From Alphaproteobacteria bacterium UBA1002 (GTDB lineage: Bacteria; Pseudomonadota; Alphaproteobacteria; Rickettsiales; UBA998): DNA of 45,193 nt. The translations under genes were made by a program, and so were the position numbers. Position 1 is the first letter of the stretch. The number at the start of each line of letters is the position of its first letter. The notes under the pieces are model-generated. The model did no database searches. It saw nothing but the letters and a program-made list of their open reading frames with translations, and had not been told where the DNA came from. The stretch lies in the NCBI GenBank assembly GCA_002291845.1, contig DBAU01000101.1, forward strand, positions 1 to 45,193, read 5' to 3'. Shown here in pieces: positions 8,786 to 18,470 of this stretch.

Positions 8786-10243
8786 GTGAACGCCCCTGCT
8801 CCCGCCGCCATACCCCACCAGCCACCGCAGTACAATGACGACATTGTGCGCAAATTCACCCTTGCCACCATCTTCTGGGGAGTAGCCGGGTTTGCGGTGG
8901 GTGTGCTCATCGCCCTGCAGATGGCCTTTCCGGAGCTGAACATCCCGCCTTACCTCACGTTCGGACGTTTGCGCCCGCTGCATACCTCGGCGGTGATTTT
9001 TGCGTTCGGCGGCAGCGCACTGTTCGCCACCAGCTATTACGTCGTGCAGCGCACCTGCGCGGTGCGGCTGTGGAATGACACGCTCGCCAGCTTCACCTTC
9101 TGGGGCTATCAGGCCTTCATCCTGATGGCAGGCCTTGGCTATGTATTCGGCGTTACACAGGGCAAGGAATATGCGGAGCCGGAATGGTACGCCGATCTGT
9201 GGCTCACCTTCGTGTGGGTGGCATACCTGCTGGTGTTTCTCGGCACGCTGATCAAACGCAAAGAGCCGCATATCTATGTGGCCAACTGGTTTTACCTGGC
9301 CTTCATCATCACCGTGGCGGTGCTGCATCTGGGCAATAACGTCGAAATCCCGGTCAGCCTGACCAGCACCAAGTCCTACCCGCTGTGGTCCGGGATGCAA
9401 GGCGCCATGATCCAGTGGTGGTACGGCCATAATGCGGTGGGCTTTTTCCTCACCGCAGGCTTCCTCGGCATGATGTATTATTTCGTGCCGAAGCAGGCAG
9501 GCCGCCCGGTCTATTCCTACCGGCTGTCCATCCTGCATTTCTGGTCGCTGATCTTCATCTATATCTGGGCCGGGCCGCACCATCTGCATTACACCGCGCT
9601 GCCCGACTGGGCGCAGACGCTCGGCATGACATTTTCCATCATGCTGTGGATGCCAAGCTGGGGCGGCATGATCAACGGCATCATGACGCTCAAAGGTGCC
9701 TGGGGCAAACTGCGCGATGACCCCATCCTGCGCTTCCTGATCGTCTCGCTGTCCTTTTACGGCATGTCGACCTTTGAAGGCCCGCTGATGTCGATTAAGG
9801 CGGTCAACTCACTCAGCCACTACACTGACTGGACCATCGGCCACGTGCATTCCGGCGCGCTCGGCTGGGTCGCCTTCATCACCTTCGGCACCATCTACTT
9901 CCTGGTGCCGCGGCTGTGGGGACGCCCGGCGATGTATTCCACCCGGCTGATCAACGTGCATCTGTGGGTAGGGACGGTAGCGATCGTGCTCTACATCACC
10001 TCCATGTGGGTGGCGGGCATCATGCAGGGGCTGATGTGGCGCTCCTATAATGACCTCGGCCTGCTGGAATATTCCTTCGTGGAAACCGTGATGGCCATGA
10101 AGCCCTACTACATCATCCGCGCGCTGGGCGGGCTGCTCTTCCTCGGGGGCGCGCTGGTCATGGTCTATAACGTGTACAAAACCATCACAGGGGCCGAGGT
10201 GCGCGATACCTCACTCTCCGGCGCCCGGGAGGCATTCGCATGA
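8786..10243 (+). CDS. ccoN: cbb3-type cytochrome c oxidase subunit I
   Basis: [60 protein letters not shown]; GTG 8786 follows AAGGAG. Confidence 0.97.
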   Translation: MNAPAPAAIPHQPPQYNDDIVRKFTLATIFWGVAGFAVGVLIALQMAFPELNIPPYLTFGRLRPLHTSAVIFAFGGSALFATSYYVVQRTCAVRLWNDTLASFTFWGYQAFILMAGLGYVFGVTQGKEYAEPEWYADLWLTFVWVAYLLVFLGTLIKRKEPHIYVANWFYLAFIITVAVLHLGNNVEIPVSLTSTKSYPLWSGMQGAMIQWWYGHNAVGFFLTAGFLGMMYYFVPKQAGRPVYSYRLSILHFWSLIFIYIWAGPHHLHYTALPDWAQTLGMTFSIMLWMPSWGGMINGIMTLKGAWGKLRDDPILRFLIVSLSFYGMSTFEGPLMSIKAVNSLSHYTDWTIGHVHSGALGWVAFITFGTIYFLVPRLWGRPAMYSTRLINVHLWVGTVAIVLYITSMWVAGIMQGLMWRSYNDLGLLEYSFVETVMAMKPYYIIRALGGLLFLGGALVMVYNVYKTITGAEVRDTSLSGAREAFA

Positions 10244-10974
10244 GCAACTTTCACCATAAGATTGAGAAAAACTCGATCCTGATGCTGGCACTGACCATCG
10301 TGGTGGTGCTGATTGGCGGGCTGGTGGAGATCATCCCCCTCTTCCGCAAGGAAGTGGTGATTGAGCCGGTCAAGGGCGTGCGGCCCTACACGCCGCTCGA
10401 GCTGGCGGGCTTCAACGTCTACATCCGCGAAGGCTGCTACAACTGCCACAGCCAGCAAATCCGCCCGCTGCGTGATGAGGTGGAGCGCTACGGCCATTAC
10501 TCGCTGGTGGCGGAGAGTATGTATGACCACCCGTTCCAGTGGGGCTCCAAACGCACCGGGCCGGACCTGGCCCGCGTGGGCGGCAAATACTCGGACGAAT
10601 GGCACACCCAGCATTTGGTGCATCCGCAGGATGTGGTGCCGGAATCCATCATGCCGCCTTACCCGCATCTGATGGAGCACAGCGCCGAGCTGCACGACAT
10701 CGGCGATCACATGAAAGCGCTGCGCGTCACCGGCGTGCCCTACACGGATGAAATGATCCGCGAAGCCAAGCGCGATGCCGTGGCGCAGACCCTGACGGAG
10801 AGTGCCGCCGGACTGCGCGCCCGCTACGGCGAGAAGGTCGTGGCGCGGGATTTTGACGGGCAGCCCAACTTCCTCTCGGAGATGGACGCGCTGGTGGCCT
10901 ATCTGCAGGTCCTCGGGACCATGGCGGATTTGAAAGAGTATGACCCCGAATTGTCTGCGGAGGTTACCCCATGA
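10240..10974 (+). CDS. ccoO: cbb3-type cytochrome c oxidase subunit II (monoheme)
   Basis: [37 protein letters not shown]. Confidence 0.97.
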   Translation: MSNFHHKIEKNSILMLALTIVVVLIGGLVEIIPLFRKEVVIEPVKGVRPYTPLELAGFNVYIREGCYNCHSQQIRPLRDEVERYGHYSLVAESMYDHPFQWGSKRTGPDLARVGGKYSDEWHTQHLVHPQDVVPESIMPPYPHLMEHSAELHDIGDHMKALRVTGVPYTDEMIREAKRDAVAQTLTESAAGLRARYGEKVVARDFDGQPNFLSEMDALVAYLQVLGTMADLKEYDPELSAEVTP

Positions 10975-11123
10975 GCTGGCTTGCCACCCATGCCGGCATG
11001 CTCGGCCTGATCTTCTTTTTCGTGATGTTTGTTGGCACCGCCTTCTGGCTTTACCTGCCCGGTGGCCGGGACCGCCACGAACCCCATAAATTCATACCGC
11101 TCGCGGAGCCTGACCATGACTGA
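10971..11123 (+). CDS. ccoQ: cbb3-type oxidase small subunit CcoQ (50 aa, absent from ORF track)
   Basis: Translated by hand: [50 protein letters not shown]; single TM helix, IPL motif, lies between ccoO and ccoP. Confidence 0.88.
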   Translation: MSWLATHAGMLGLIFFFVMFVGTAFWLYLPGGRDRHEPHKFIPLAEPDHD

Positions 11124-11985
11124 TTCTCACCTCCCCCCTGAACGCGATGACATCACCGGGGTGGAAACCACCGGCCATGAATGGGACGGGCTGAAGGAGC
11201 TCAACAACCCTGCGCCGCGCTGGTGGCTATGGGTGTATATTCTCACCGTGGTCTGGGCGGTAGGGTACTGGGTGGTCTATCCCGCCTGGCCAACCCTCAC
11301 CGGAAACACCCAAGGCCGCCTGAATTGGACGCAGCACCGCCAGCTGAAGGAAGACCAGAAGGAAATCACCGCGCTGCGTGAGCGTTATGTCGCCCAGCTG
11401 CATGATGCGAGCCTGCAGGAGATCGTGAAGGACCCGGAGCTTTATAATTATGCCATTGCTGCCGGTGCCGCGATGTTTAAGGATAATTGCGCCACCTGCC
11501 ACGGCTCCGGCGGCGAAGGCGCACCCGGCTATCCCAACCTGAATGATGACGAATGGGTCTGGGGCGGCTCGCTGGAAGCGATCTATACCACCCTGAAGCA
11601 TGGTGTGCGCTCCGGCCATGGCGAGGCCCGCGATTCGCAGATGCCGGAATTCTCCGCCATGCTAAACCGCGAGCAAATCCTCCAGGTAGCGAACTATGTG
11701 CAAAGCCTGAGCGATGCCAAGGCAGGCAAGGCCACGCCGGAAGGCGCCCAGCTGTTTCAGGAAAACTGCGCGGCCTGCCATCAGCCGGACGGGCACGGCA
11801 GCCGGGAGGTGGGCGCACCGAACCTGACCGATGCGATCTGGCTCTACGGCTCGGGCGTGCAGGCGATTGCCAACCAGATCACCCATCCGCGCCACGGCAA
11901 AATGCCGGACTGGTCCACCCGCCTCGATGACGACACCCTGCGCGAGCTGGCAGTGTATGTCCATTCGCTCGGCGGCGGGGAGTAA
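11116..11985 (+). CDS. ccoP: cbb3-type cytochrome c oxidase subunit III (diheme)
   Basis: TTGHEWDGLKELNNPAPRWW, two CxxCH (CATCH, CAACH), YVHSLGGGE. Confidence 0.96.
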   Translation: MTDSHLPPERDDITGVETTGHEWDGLKELNNPAPRWWLWVYILTVVWAVGYWVVYPAWPTLTGNTQGRLNWTQHRQLKEDQKEITALRERYVAQLHDASLQEIVKDPELYNYAIAAGAAMFKDNCATCHGSGGEGAPGYPNLNDDEWVWGGSLEAIYTTLKHGVRSGHGEARDSQMPEFSAMLNREQILQVANYVQSLSDAKAGKATPEGAQLFQENCAACHQPDGHGSREVGAPNLTDAIWLYGSGVQAIANQITHPRHGKMPDWSTRLDDDTLRELAVYVHSLGGGE

Positions 11986-11990
11986 CTAAA

Positions 11991-12023
11991 GGCGGCATTT
12001 CTCAGGGACTGAGAAACGCCGCC
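11991..12023. terminator. Stem-loop after ccoP
   Basis: GGCGGCATTTCTCAG-gga-CTGAGAAACGCCGCC, 15-bp stem with one mismatch; no clear U-tract on + strand. Confidence 0.55.
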
Positions 12024-12027
12024 CGTC

Positions 12028-12041
12028 TTGACCAAAGTCAT
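12028..12041. promoter_or_regulatory. FNR/FixK-like site upstream of ccoGHIS
   Basis: TTGAC-caaa-GTCAT, one mismatch from the palindrome; -10-like CATTCT at 12064-12069. Confidence 0.6.
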
Positions 12042-12076
12042 GCACAGGCATGGCAAAAAGGGGCATTCTGCGCTGC

Positions 12077-13471
12077 ATGGACACTCCCTTCCGCTATTTC
12101 CAGCGCCAGGAAAAGATTTATCCCAAGCGCGTCTGGGGCACGTTTCGCAAGGTGAAATGGGCGGTGATGGCGCTGGCCTTCGCCGTGTATTACCTCACGC
12201 CGTTTCTGCGCTGGGACCGCGGCCCCCATGCCCCGGATCAGGCCGTATTGATCGACATGGCCGGCCACCGCCTCTATTTCTTCGGCATCGAGATCTGGCC
12301 GCAGGAGGTTTATTACCTCGTCGGCATCCTGATTCTGGCCGCCGTCGGACTGTTTTTCCTCACCTCGCTGCTTGGGCGCGTGTGGTGCGGCTATCTCTGC
12401 TTCCAGACGATCTGGACGGACCTTTTCGTCTGGGTGGAGCGCATCGTGCAGGGCGACCGCGCCGCCCGCAAAAAGCTCGATGACGGCCCCTGGACACTAC
12501 AAAAGATCCGTAAGAAAGCCCTCACCCATGCCATCTGGCTGGTGATCGGCCTGTTCACCGGCGGGGCATGGGTACTCTATTTCAACGATGCCCCGACCCT
12601 GGTTGAGAACATTCTGCATCTCGATGTCCCCACCGATGTGCTGGCATGGATTCTGGCGCTGACGCTTTCCACCTATGTGATGGCCGGGCTGGCGCGCGAG
12701 CAGGTGTGCATTTACATGTGCCCCTATTCGCGCTTTCAGTCCGCGATGTTCGATAAGGACACGCTGATTATCGGCTATGATGAAAACCGTGGCGAGCCAC
12801 GCGGCAAATACAAGAAAAGTGATGTGCCCACGAGTTGCGTAGATTGCACGCTATGTGTGCAGGTCTGCCCGATGGGGATCGATATCCGCGACGGCCTGCA
12901 ATATGAATGCATCGCCTGTGGCTTGTGCATTGATGCCTGCAACACCGTGATGGACAAGCTGCATGAGCCGCGCGGCCTGATCCGCTACGACACCCAGCAT
13001 AACATCCTGGCGCGCGCGGAGGGCCGTCCGGAGAACCCGCATATCCTGCGCCCGCGGACGTTCTGGTACATCGGCATCCTCAGCCTGGTCTGTGCGGTGA
13101 TGGTGTATAGCCTGCTTCATCGCAGCACGCTGGAGCTGCATGCCCTGCACGACCGCAACCCGCTCTTTGTGCTGCTGTCCGATGGCACGCTGCGCAATGG
13201 CTACCAGATCAAAATCCTCAACAAAACCCACGAAGACCGCGCCTACGCCCTACGCCTTGATGGGCTGCCCGGTGCCAGCCTGCGACTGGAAGGCGTCGGT
13301 GCACTCAGCCCGGACCACCTGCCGGTATTTGCCGATAGCGTGGGCCAGTTCCGGTTGTTCGTGACCGCACCCAAACCGCAACAGGGGCGGCAGAACTTCA
13401 CCTTCACCCTCACCGAGACGGCCAGCGGCGCCACCGATACGCTGGACTCCGTCTTTCTCTCGGAGAAATAG
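12077..13471 (+). CDS. ccoG: cbb3 oxidase accessory 4Fe-4S membrane protein CcoG/FixG
   Basis: IWPQE, GRVWCGYLCFQT, REQVCIYMCPY, CVDCTLCVQVCPMGIDIR, ECIACGLCIDAC; start 12077 or 12050. Confidence 0.94.
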   Translation: MDTPFRYFQRQEKIYPKRVWGTFRKVKWAVMALAFAVYYLTPFLRWDRGPHAPDQAVLIDMAGHRLYFFGIEIWPQEVYYLVGILILAAVGLFFLTSLLGRVWCGYLCFQTIWTDLFVWVERIVQGDRAARKKLDDGPWTLQKIRKKALTHAIWLVIGLFTGGAWVLYFNDAPTLVENILHLDVPTDVLAWILALTLSTYVMAGLAREQVCIYMCPYSRFQSAMFDKDTLIIGYDENRGEPRGKYKKSDVPTSCVDCTLCVQVCPMGIDIRDGLQYECIACGLCIDACNTVMDKLHEPRGLIRYDTQHNILARAEGRPENPHILRPRTFWYIGILSLVCAVMVYSLLHRSTLELHALHDRNPLFVLLSDGTLRNGYQIKILNKTHEDRAYALRLDGLPGASLRLEGVGALSPDHLPVFADSVGQFRLFVTAPKPQQGRQNFTFTLTETASGATDTLDSVFLSEK

Positions 13472-13473
13472 CC

Positions 13474-13950
13474 ATGGCCGCCCCTGCCCTCTCCTCGCGT
13501 GACCGCTGGATTCCCTGGTACTTCGTGGCATTCTTTGTGGTGCTCTCCTGCGTGGATGGGGTGTTTGTGTATCTCGCCACCAGCACCAATCCCGGCGTGG
13601 TGGCCAGCCAGGCCTACCGCGAGGGCAAGGAGTATAACGCGGTGATCGCCCAGGCGGATCGTCAGGACGCGCTTGGATGGCGCGCAGAGCTGACGCAGAC
13701 GGAGGGCCAGCTTGTCTTTCACTTGCACGACCGTGACGGTGCGCCCCTGCGCCGCGCGGTGGTGAATGCGCGTCTACGCCGTCCGGTGGAAGCGGGCCAT
13801 GACACGCAGCTATCGCTGCTGCCACGCGGCGACGGTTCCTATGCCGCGCCATGGGATGCCCCCATGCCGGGACAGTGGAACATCAGCATCCAGGCAGTGT
13901 GGAACAACCAGCCCTTCCAGTATCACCGGCGGCTGATGGTGCAACCATGA
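13474..13950 (+). CDS. ccoH: FixH/CcoH family protein
   Basis: WIPWYFVAFFVV, Y..G..YN, Q.ALGW, LRRP....D, PGQW; position in the cluster. Confidence 0.88.
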   Translation: MAAPALSSRDRWIPWYFVAFFVVLSCVDGVFVYLATSTNPGVVASQAYREGKEYNAVIAQADRQDALGWRAELTQTEGQLVFHLHDRDGAPLRRAVVNARLRRPVEAGHDTQLSLLPRGDGSYAAPWDAPMPGQWNISIQAVWNNQPFQYHRRLMVQP

Positions 13951-16253
13951 AGACCGCCGCGCATAGCCCCACGGAAGCGCTGGCCGTATGCCAGCATTGC
14001 GGTACCAATCTAGCTCCCGGCCAGCTAGATTTCTGCTGCGCCGGATGCGCCACGGCCTATCACCTGCAGCGCAGCCTGTCAGAGGCTGCACCTCAAGAAT
14101 GGTCTGCATTCGTCAAACCGCGGGAAGATGGCAGTTGGGAATTGCAACTGGCGGTGGAAGGCATTCACTGCGCCTCGTGCATCTGGAACATTGAATCCTC
14201 GCTCCGTGAAGAAGCCGGGCTGCTTGAAGCGCGGGTGAATTATACGACGCAGCGCCTGCGCCTGGTCTGGCGCGGCGAGCCGGCAGAGGGTGACCGCTTC
14301 GCCGCCCGCGTCACCTCGCTTGGCTATCGCCTGCATCCGCTGGCGGGCAGTGCACAGGAGGATAGCGAGCGCGATCAGCAGCATCTGCTGCGCTGCCTTG
14401 CGGTTTCCGGCTTTGCCTCGGGCAACCTGATGCTGATTTCGGTGGCGCTGTGGTCCTCCACGGCGGAGTCAATGGGCATGGCCACCCGCGACCTGCTGCA
14501 CTGGCTCTCCGCGCTGATTGCCATCCCCGCGCTGATGTTTGCGGCGCGGCCTTTCCTCGGCTCGGCTTGGAAAGTGCTGCGGCACGGGCGCACCAACATG
14601 GATGTGCCGATCTCGCTGGCGATCGTGCTCGCCACCGGCATGAGCTTGTGGGAGACCGTGCATCGCGGCGAGTATGTCTATTTCGACTCAGCGGTGATGT
14701 TTACCTTCTTCCTGCTCATCGGCCGCTATCTGGACGCCCGCGCGCGCGGCAGGGCGAAATCCGCCGCCGCGCAACTGCTCTCGATGCTGCAAGGCAGTGC
14801 GACCATTCTCGAAGACGGTGCGCGCAAGGTCATCCCGCTGGAGGCCCTCGCCCGCGGGATGCGCGTGCTGGTCGCGGCAGGAGAGAAAATCCCGGCTGAT
14901 GGCTATATCGTGAAAGGCCAGTCAGCGCTGGATACCAGCCTGATTACCGGCGAAACCATGCCGCAGGTGGCAAGCGTGGGCACCCGCGTCTTTTCCGGCA
15001 CCATCAATATGGAGGCACCGCTGGAGATAGAGGTCGTGCACGGCAATGACCAAACGCTGCTTAGCCAGATCGTGAGGCTGATGGAGCATGCCGAGCAAGG
15101 ACAGGCCGAATATGTACGTCTGGCCGATCACGCCGCCCGCCTTTACACCCCGAGCGTGCACGCACTGGCGGCACTGACCTTCCTCGGCTGGCTGTTTCTC
15201 ATGCAGGCGCCATGGCAGGTGGCGCTGCTGGTGGCATCCACCGTGCTGATCATCACCTGCCCCTGCGCGCTAGGGCTGGCCGTGCCGGTGGTGCAGGTGC
15301 TCGCCAGCGGGCGGCTGATGAAGCGCGGCGTGCTGCTCAAATCAGGCGATGCGCTGGAGCGCCTGGCCAGCATTGATACGATTATATTCGACAAAACCGG
15401 CACGCTAACGGAAGGCCGCCCGCGCCTCACCTCTGCGTATCATACGGACGCTCAGCTGCGCCTGGCGGCTTCGCTAGCGGTGCATAGCAAGCATCCCTTA
15501 TCACGCGCCCTGCTTGCCGCCTATCAGGGGCCGCTGATTCCGCTGGAGGTGAGCGAGCATCCCGGCCAGGGGCTTCAGAGCCAGTATCAGGGCGGCCCGG
15601 TCCGGCTGGGCAACCGCGCCTTCTGCCAGGTGCCGGAGACCGGCCAGCAGGGGCTGCTGGAAATCTGGCTGGTGGATGGGCTGGAGCCGCCCGTGCTATT
15701 CACCTTCGCCGATCAATTGCGCGAGGACGCAAAGGCTGTCATCGCCGCGCTAGGCCAGCAAGGCCTGTCGCTGCACCTGCTCTCCGGCGATCGCCCGTTT
15801 GTGGTGGAATCCATGGCCAAAGCACTCGGCCTTCGCCAATTTCAGTCCGGCCTGACGCCGGTGGATAAATGCGAATTCATTCAGCAACTCGAAGCCACAG
15901 GCCACCGCGTGCTTATGGTGGGCGACGGGCTGAACGATACGCCCGCCCTCACTGCCGCCAGCGTCTCGATGTCGCCCTCCTCGGCGATCGATATCGCACA
16001 GAACGCGGCGGATATTGTGTTTCAGGGCCATCAGCTCGCCCCGGTGCTCTTCACGCTGCATACCGCCCGCCACGCGACACGGCTGGTGAAGCAGAACCTC
16101 GTGATGGCCTTGCTGTATAACGTGATTGCCGTGCCGATTGCCGTATTGGGCTACGTCACGCCGCTGATTGCGGCGATTGCCATGTCCAGCTCGTCACTGG
16201 TGGTGATTGCCAATGCCTTCCGCCTCACCCGTCGCTCAGGAGATGCCCTATGA
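13947..16253 (+). CDS. ccoI: P1B-type copper ATPase CcoI/FixI
   Basis: CQHC..FCCAGC, GIHCASC, TGE, CPCALGLA, DKTGTLT, HPL, GDGLND; ATGA overlap with ccoH. Confidence 0.95.
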   Translation: MKTAAHSPTEALAVCQHCGTNLAPGQLDFCCAGCATAYHLQRSLSEAAPQEWSAFVKPREDGSWELQLAVEGIHCASCIWNIESSLREEAGLLEARVNYTTQRLRLVWRGEPAEGDRFAARVTSLGYRLHPLAGSAQEDSERDQQHLLRCLAVSGFASGNLMLISVALWSSTAESMGMATRDLLHWLSALIAIPALMFAARPFLGSAWKVLRHGRTNMDVPISLAIVLATGMSLWETVHRGEYVYFDSAVMFTFFLLIGRYLDARARGRAKSAAAQLLSMLQGSATILEDGARKVIPLEALARGMRVLVAAGEKIPADGYIVKGQSALDTSLITGETMPQVASVGTRVFSGTINMEAPLEIEVVHGNDQTLLSQIVRLMEHAEQGQAEYVRLADHAARLYTPSVHALAALTFLGWLFLMQAPWQVALLVASTVLIITCPCALGLAVPVVQVLASGRLMKRGVLLKSGDALERLASIDTIIFDKTGTLTEGRPRLTSAYHTDAQLRLAASLAVHSKHPLSRALLAAYQGPLIPLEVSEHPGQGLQSQYQGGPVRLGNRAFCQVPETGQQGLLEIWLVDGLEPPVLFTFADQLREDAKAVIAALGQQGLSLHLLSGDRPFVVESMAKALGLRQFQSGLTPVDKCEFIQQLEATGHRVLMVGDGLNDTPALTAASVSMSPSSAIDIAQNAADIVFQGHQLAPVLFTLHTARHATRLVKQNLVMALLYNVIAVPIAVLGYVTPLIAAIAMSSSSLVVIANAFRLTRRSGDAL

Positions 16254-16411
16254 ACGTGCTGCTTTTTTTGATTCCCATAGCCCTGCTGCTCGGCGGTATG
16301 GGGCTACTGGGATTTTTCTGGTCCCTACGCACGCGCCAGTTCGAGGATCTGGAAGGGGCGAGCTACCGCATATTGTTCGATGAAACGGAAAATAAAAATC
16401 AGTCCACGTAA
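16250..16411 (+). CDS. ccoS: cbb3 oxidase maturation protein CcoS/FixS (53 aa, absent from ORF track)
   Basis: Translated by hand: MNVLLFLIPIALLLGGMGLLGFFWSLRTRQFEDLEGASYRILFDETENKNQST; LIP, FFW...QFEDLEG...RILFD motifs. Confidence 0.92.
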   Translation: MNVLLFLIPIALLLGGMGLLGFFWSLRTRQFEDLEGASYRILFDETENKNQST

Positions 16412-16827
16412 ATATAGACTTCATGCAAGCGCGTATCTTTTGCCGTCTCACGCGTCACACGAATACGCTCTGGAGGAATACCCATAGACGCCATATCCTT
16501 CAACAACGTTGCGGTTTGCTGCTTCGCACGCAAAGCTGCCGCCTCATCACGCTCTGAGTCATTCGTCACCGGCACAAAGGAGACAACCTGAAACACCACA
16601 TCTGGTTTGATTGCTACCGCACGTGAAACCGCATTGTAGAGCTGGCGTTGGTAGAACACCTTCGGTTGATTGTAACGTATGACGACCAACGGAACCTGTG
16701 AGAGGGCACTCTGTTGATCAGAGGTAATGGTGTCCTGCTGCGCATATGCCGGCAAAGGAAAAACCGACGCGGATACAAGCAAAGTAAGCGTTAAAACTGC
16801 CGGGGCCACGTATTTGGAAATGGACAT
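16399..16827 (-). CDS. Exported protein of unknown function
   Basis: Signal peptide ending AYA; PLVVIRYNQPKVFYQRQLYNAVSRA...MGIPPERI...EVYIYVD recalls a conserved alphaproteobacterial periplasmic domain. Confidence 0.7.
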   Translation of the reverse strand: MSISKYVAPAVLTLTLLVSASVFPLPAYAQQDTITSDQQSALSQVPLVVIRYNQPKVFYQRQLYNAVSRAVAIKPDVVFQVVSFVPVTNDSERDEAAALRAKQQTATLLKDMASMGIPPERIRVTRETAKDTRLHEVYIYVD

Positions 16828-17062
16828 GATTTTTTGTAACCTTAGGTTCTTATGTTCTATAGCGGTTCTGGCGGCGAGTTGCCAAGCGTAAACATTGATC
16901 TGGGCCCTGCCATGATAGATTAAGCCACACCGTGCAATACCCAAAAAAGACCCGCCCGTTATTGACGAGGCTCTTTCCTCGTAGGATCGCAGGAAAAATC
17001 TGTGTATCATTGTAGGGTATAACGCAAAATTTATCCCTTACCCTAAAAACAAGGAGCATTTT

Positions 17063-17308
17063 ATGGCGCGTCGTTTCGCATACATTCTCATTGCAATACC
17101 ATCCCTGGCTTTGACGGCATGCGGTGAAACGAGAACCGATCGCACCCTTAGCGGAGGCGCCATCGGCGCAGGAAGTGGTGCTCTGGGTTCTGCGGTCATC
17201 GGAGGAGATCCCGTCACCGGAGCTGTCATTGGCGGCGCGGTGGGAGCCGCAGCAGGAGGCCTTACCGATCAAGACGACCTGGATCTTGGGCGGCCTGTCT
17301 GGCGCTAA
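17063..17308 (+). CDS. Small glycine-zipper lipoprotein
   Basis: Lipobox LTAC, GGAIGAGSGALG / GAVIGGAVGAAAGGLT; AAGGAG RBS. Confidence 0.85.
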   Translation: MARRFAYILIAIPSLALTACGETRTDRTLSGGAIGAGSGALGSAVIGGDPVTGAVIGGAVGAAAGGLTDQDDLDLGRPVWR

Positions 17309-17347
17309 TTGGCCTCAACAGATGCGATGCTATGATGTCGGCATGTT

Positions 17348-17375
17348 AAAAAGCCAGAATAGCTTTTGGCTTTTT
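17348..17375. terminator. Bidirectional intrinsic terminator
   Basis: AAAAAGCCAGAA-tagc-TTTTGGCTTTTT between convergent genes. Confidence 0.6.
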
Positions 17376-17503
17376 GGGGTATGGCATCACCATGAAAAGG
17401 GGACCAGTCAACCTCAGGATTCGCCTGATATTCTAACGTTGCGCCGGTCGTGGTACCGCTTGCAACGACCGCCAGATGTGGAAGTGGCCGAATCGAATTG
17501 CAA

Positions 17504-18175
17504 TCAGCCTATCCAGCGACGCCGGTAATGACGTGCGGCCAACGTGAGGAGTACCAATCCTGCGATCAGCATTATAAACTCCGGGTGCAGAATATCGGCC
17601 GGTGCCGTAATGGCTCCCACACGCTGGCCTGTCCACACAAATAACACAATCCATGGGAGCACCCCGGCAGTACTGGCTGCGAGGAAGCGCCCCAAAGGGA
17701 GGGAGGAAATCGCCATTAAAGCATTTGTGAACCCCGCAGGCACGATGGGAAGCAGCCGCAACAGCATCAACGCGTACACCCCCTCCTGCGAAATACGATG
17801 AGGCAAAAAACGCACGCGCTCGGGCAGCCATAGTGCGACCCGGGCCTGTAAAAAATAACGAAAGAGAAGGAATGAAAGCCCATCACCGAGGCTACGGCCA
17901 ACACACGCAATAGCCACCGCAACAAACGGTGAAAAAGATGCCCCGATCACCATCATGACAAGCGGGCTGATCGGCAAACAAAGCAGTGCGGCGCCAACCA
18001 GCGCTGTGATGTAAATGAACGCCTTCACCATGGCTGAGTCTGCATTAGAAGCATTCAGCATGGAGACCGCATGCTCAAAGCTATGCAGTGCCTCAGCAAG
18101 GCTTACATCCGGCACCCCCACAAGTATGAGCGCAGCGGAAAAACACTGAAGCATCAGCCCATATGGCTTATTCAT
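17504..18175 (-). CDS. TVP38/TMEM64 (VTT, DedA superfamily) membrane protein
   Basis: LCLP.S, G.SLG..LSFLLFRY, LLRLLPIVP, F..ASTAGVLP. Confidence 0.82.
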   Translation of the reverse strand: MNKPYGLMLQCFSAALILVGVPDVSLAEALHSFEHAVSMLNASNADSAMVKAFIYITALVGAALLCLPISPLVMMVIGASFSPFVAVAIACVGRSLGDGLSFLLFRYFLQARVALWLPERVRFLPHRISQEGVYALMLLRLLPIVPAGFTNALMAISSLPLGRFLAASTAGVLPWIVLFVWTGQRVGAITAPADILHPEFIMLIAGLVLLTLAARHYRRRWIG

Positions 18176-18230
18176 GGTGCCTATCGTACAAATAAATGCC
18201 CGCAAAAGAAAAAAGCGGTGCAGAAAGCAT

Positions 18231-18260
18231 AAAAAAAGGGCCCAAGGGGCCCTCTTTCTT
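18231..18260 (-). terminator. Intrinsic terminator of rpmJ
   Basis: AGGGCCC-aag-GGGCCCT stem flanked by A7 (U7 on the - strand). Confidence 0.75.
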
Positions 18261-18277
18261 ATTAAAAAGCCAACGGC

Positions 18278-18403
18278 TTAACCCTGACGTGCCTTGAAAC
18301 GTGGGTTTACCTTGTTAATGACATAAACGCGGCCCTTACGGCGGACGACGCGGCAATTTTTATCGCGGGTTTTAGCCGACTTGAGCGAGCTGAGAACTTT
18401 CAT
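18278..18403 (-). CDS. rpmJ: 50S ribosomal protein L36, Zn-independent type (41 aa, absent from ORF track)
   Basis: Translated by hand: [41 protein letters not shown]. Confidence 0.96.
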   Translation of the reverse strand: MKVLSSLKSAKTRDKNCRVVRRKGRVYVINKVNPRFKARQG

Positions 18404-18435
18404 GAAACACCTGCCAGTATTTATCAGAGTGCGAT

Positions 18436-18464
18436 CTTTTAGAGATTACCCCACAGTAAGTCAA
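18436..18464 (-). promoter_or_regulatory. Putative sigma70 promoter of rpmJ
   Basis: TTGACT-17 nt-TAAAAG on the - strand. Confidence 0.5.
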
Positions 18465-18470
18465 GTTGAA

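Noticed and set aside
16962-16987. TTGACG...TAGGAT promoter with ACGAGG/CCTCGT inverted repeat
   Set aside because: Spacer is only 14 nt and the repeat is short; no function can be supported
18278-18403. Zn-free L36 as a zinc-starvation paralogue
   Set aside because: This form is the normal L36 in alphaproteobacteria; no Zur box or L31 partner seen
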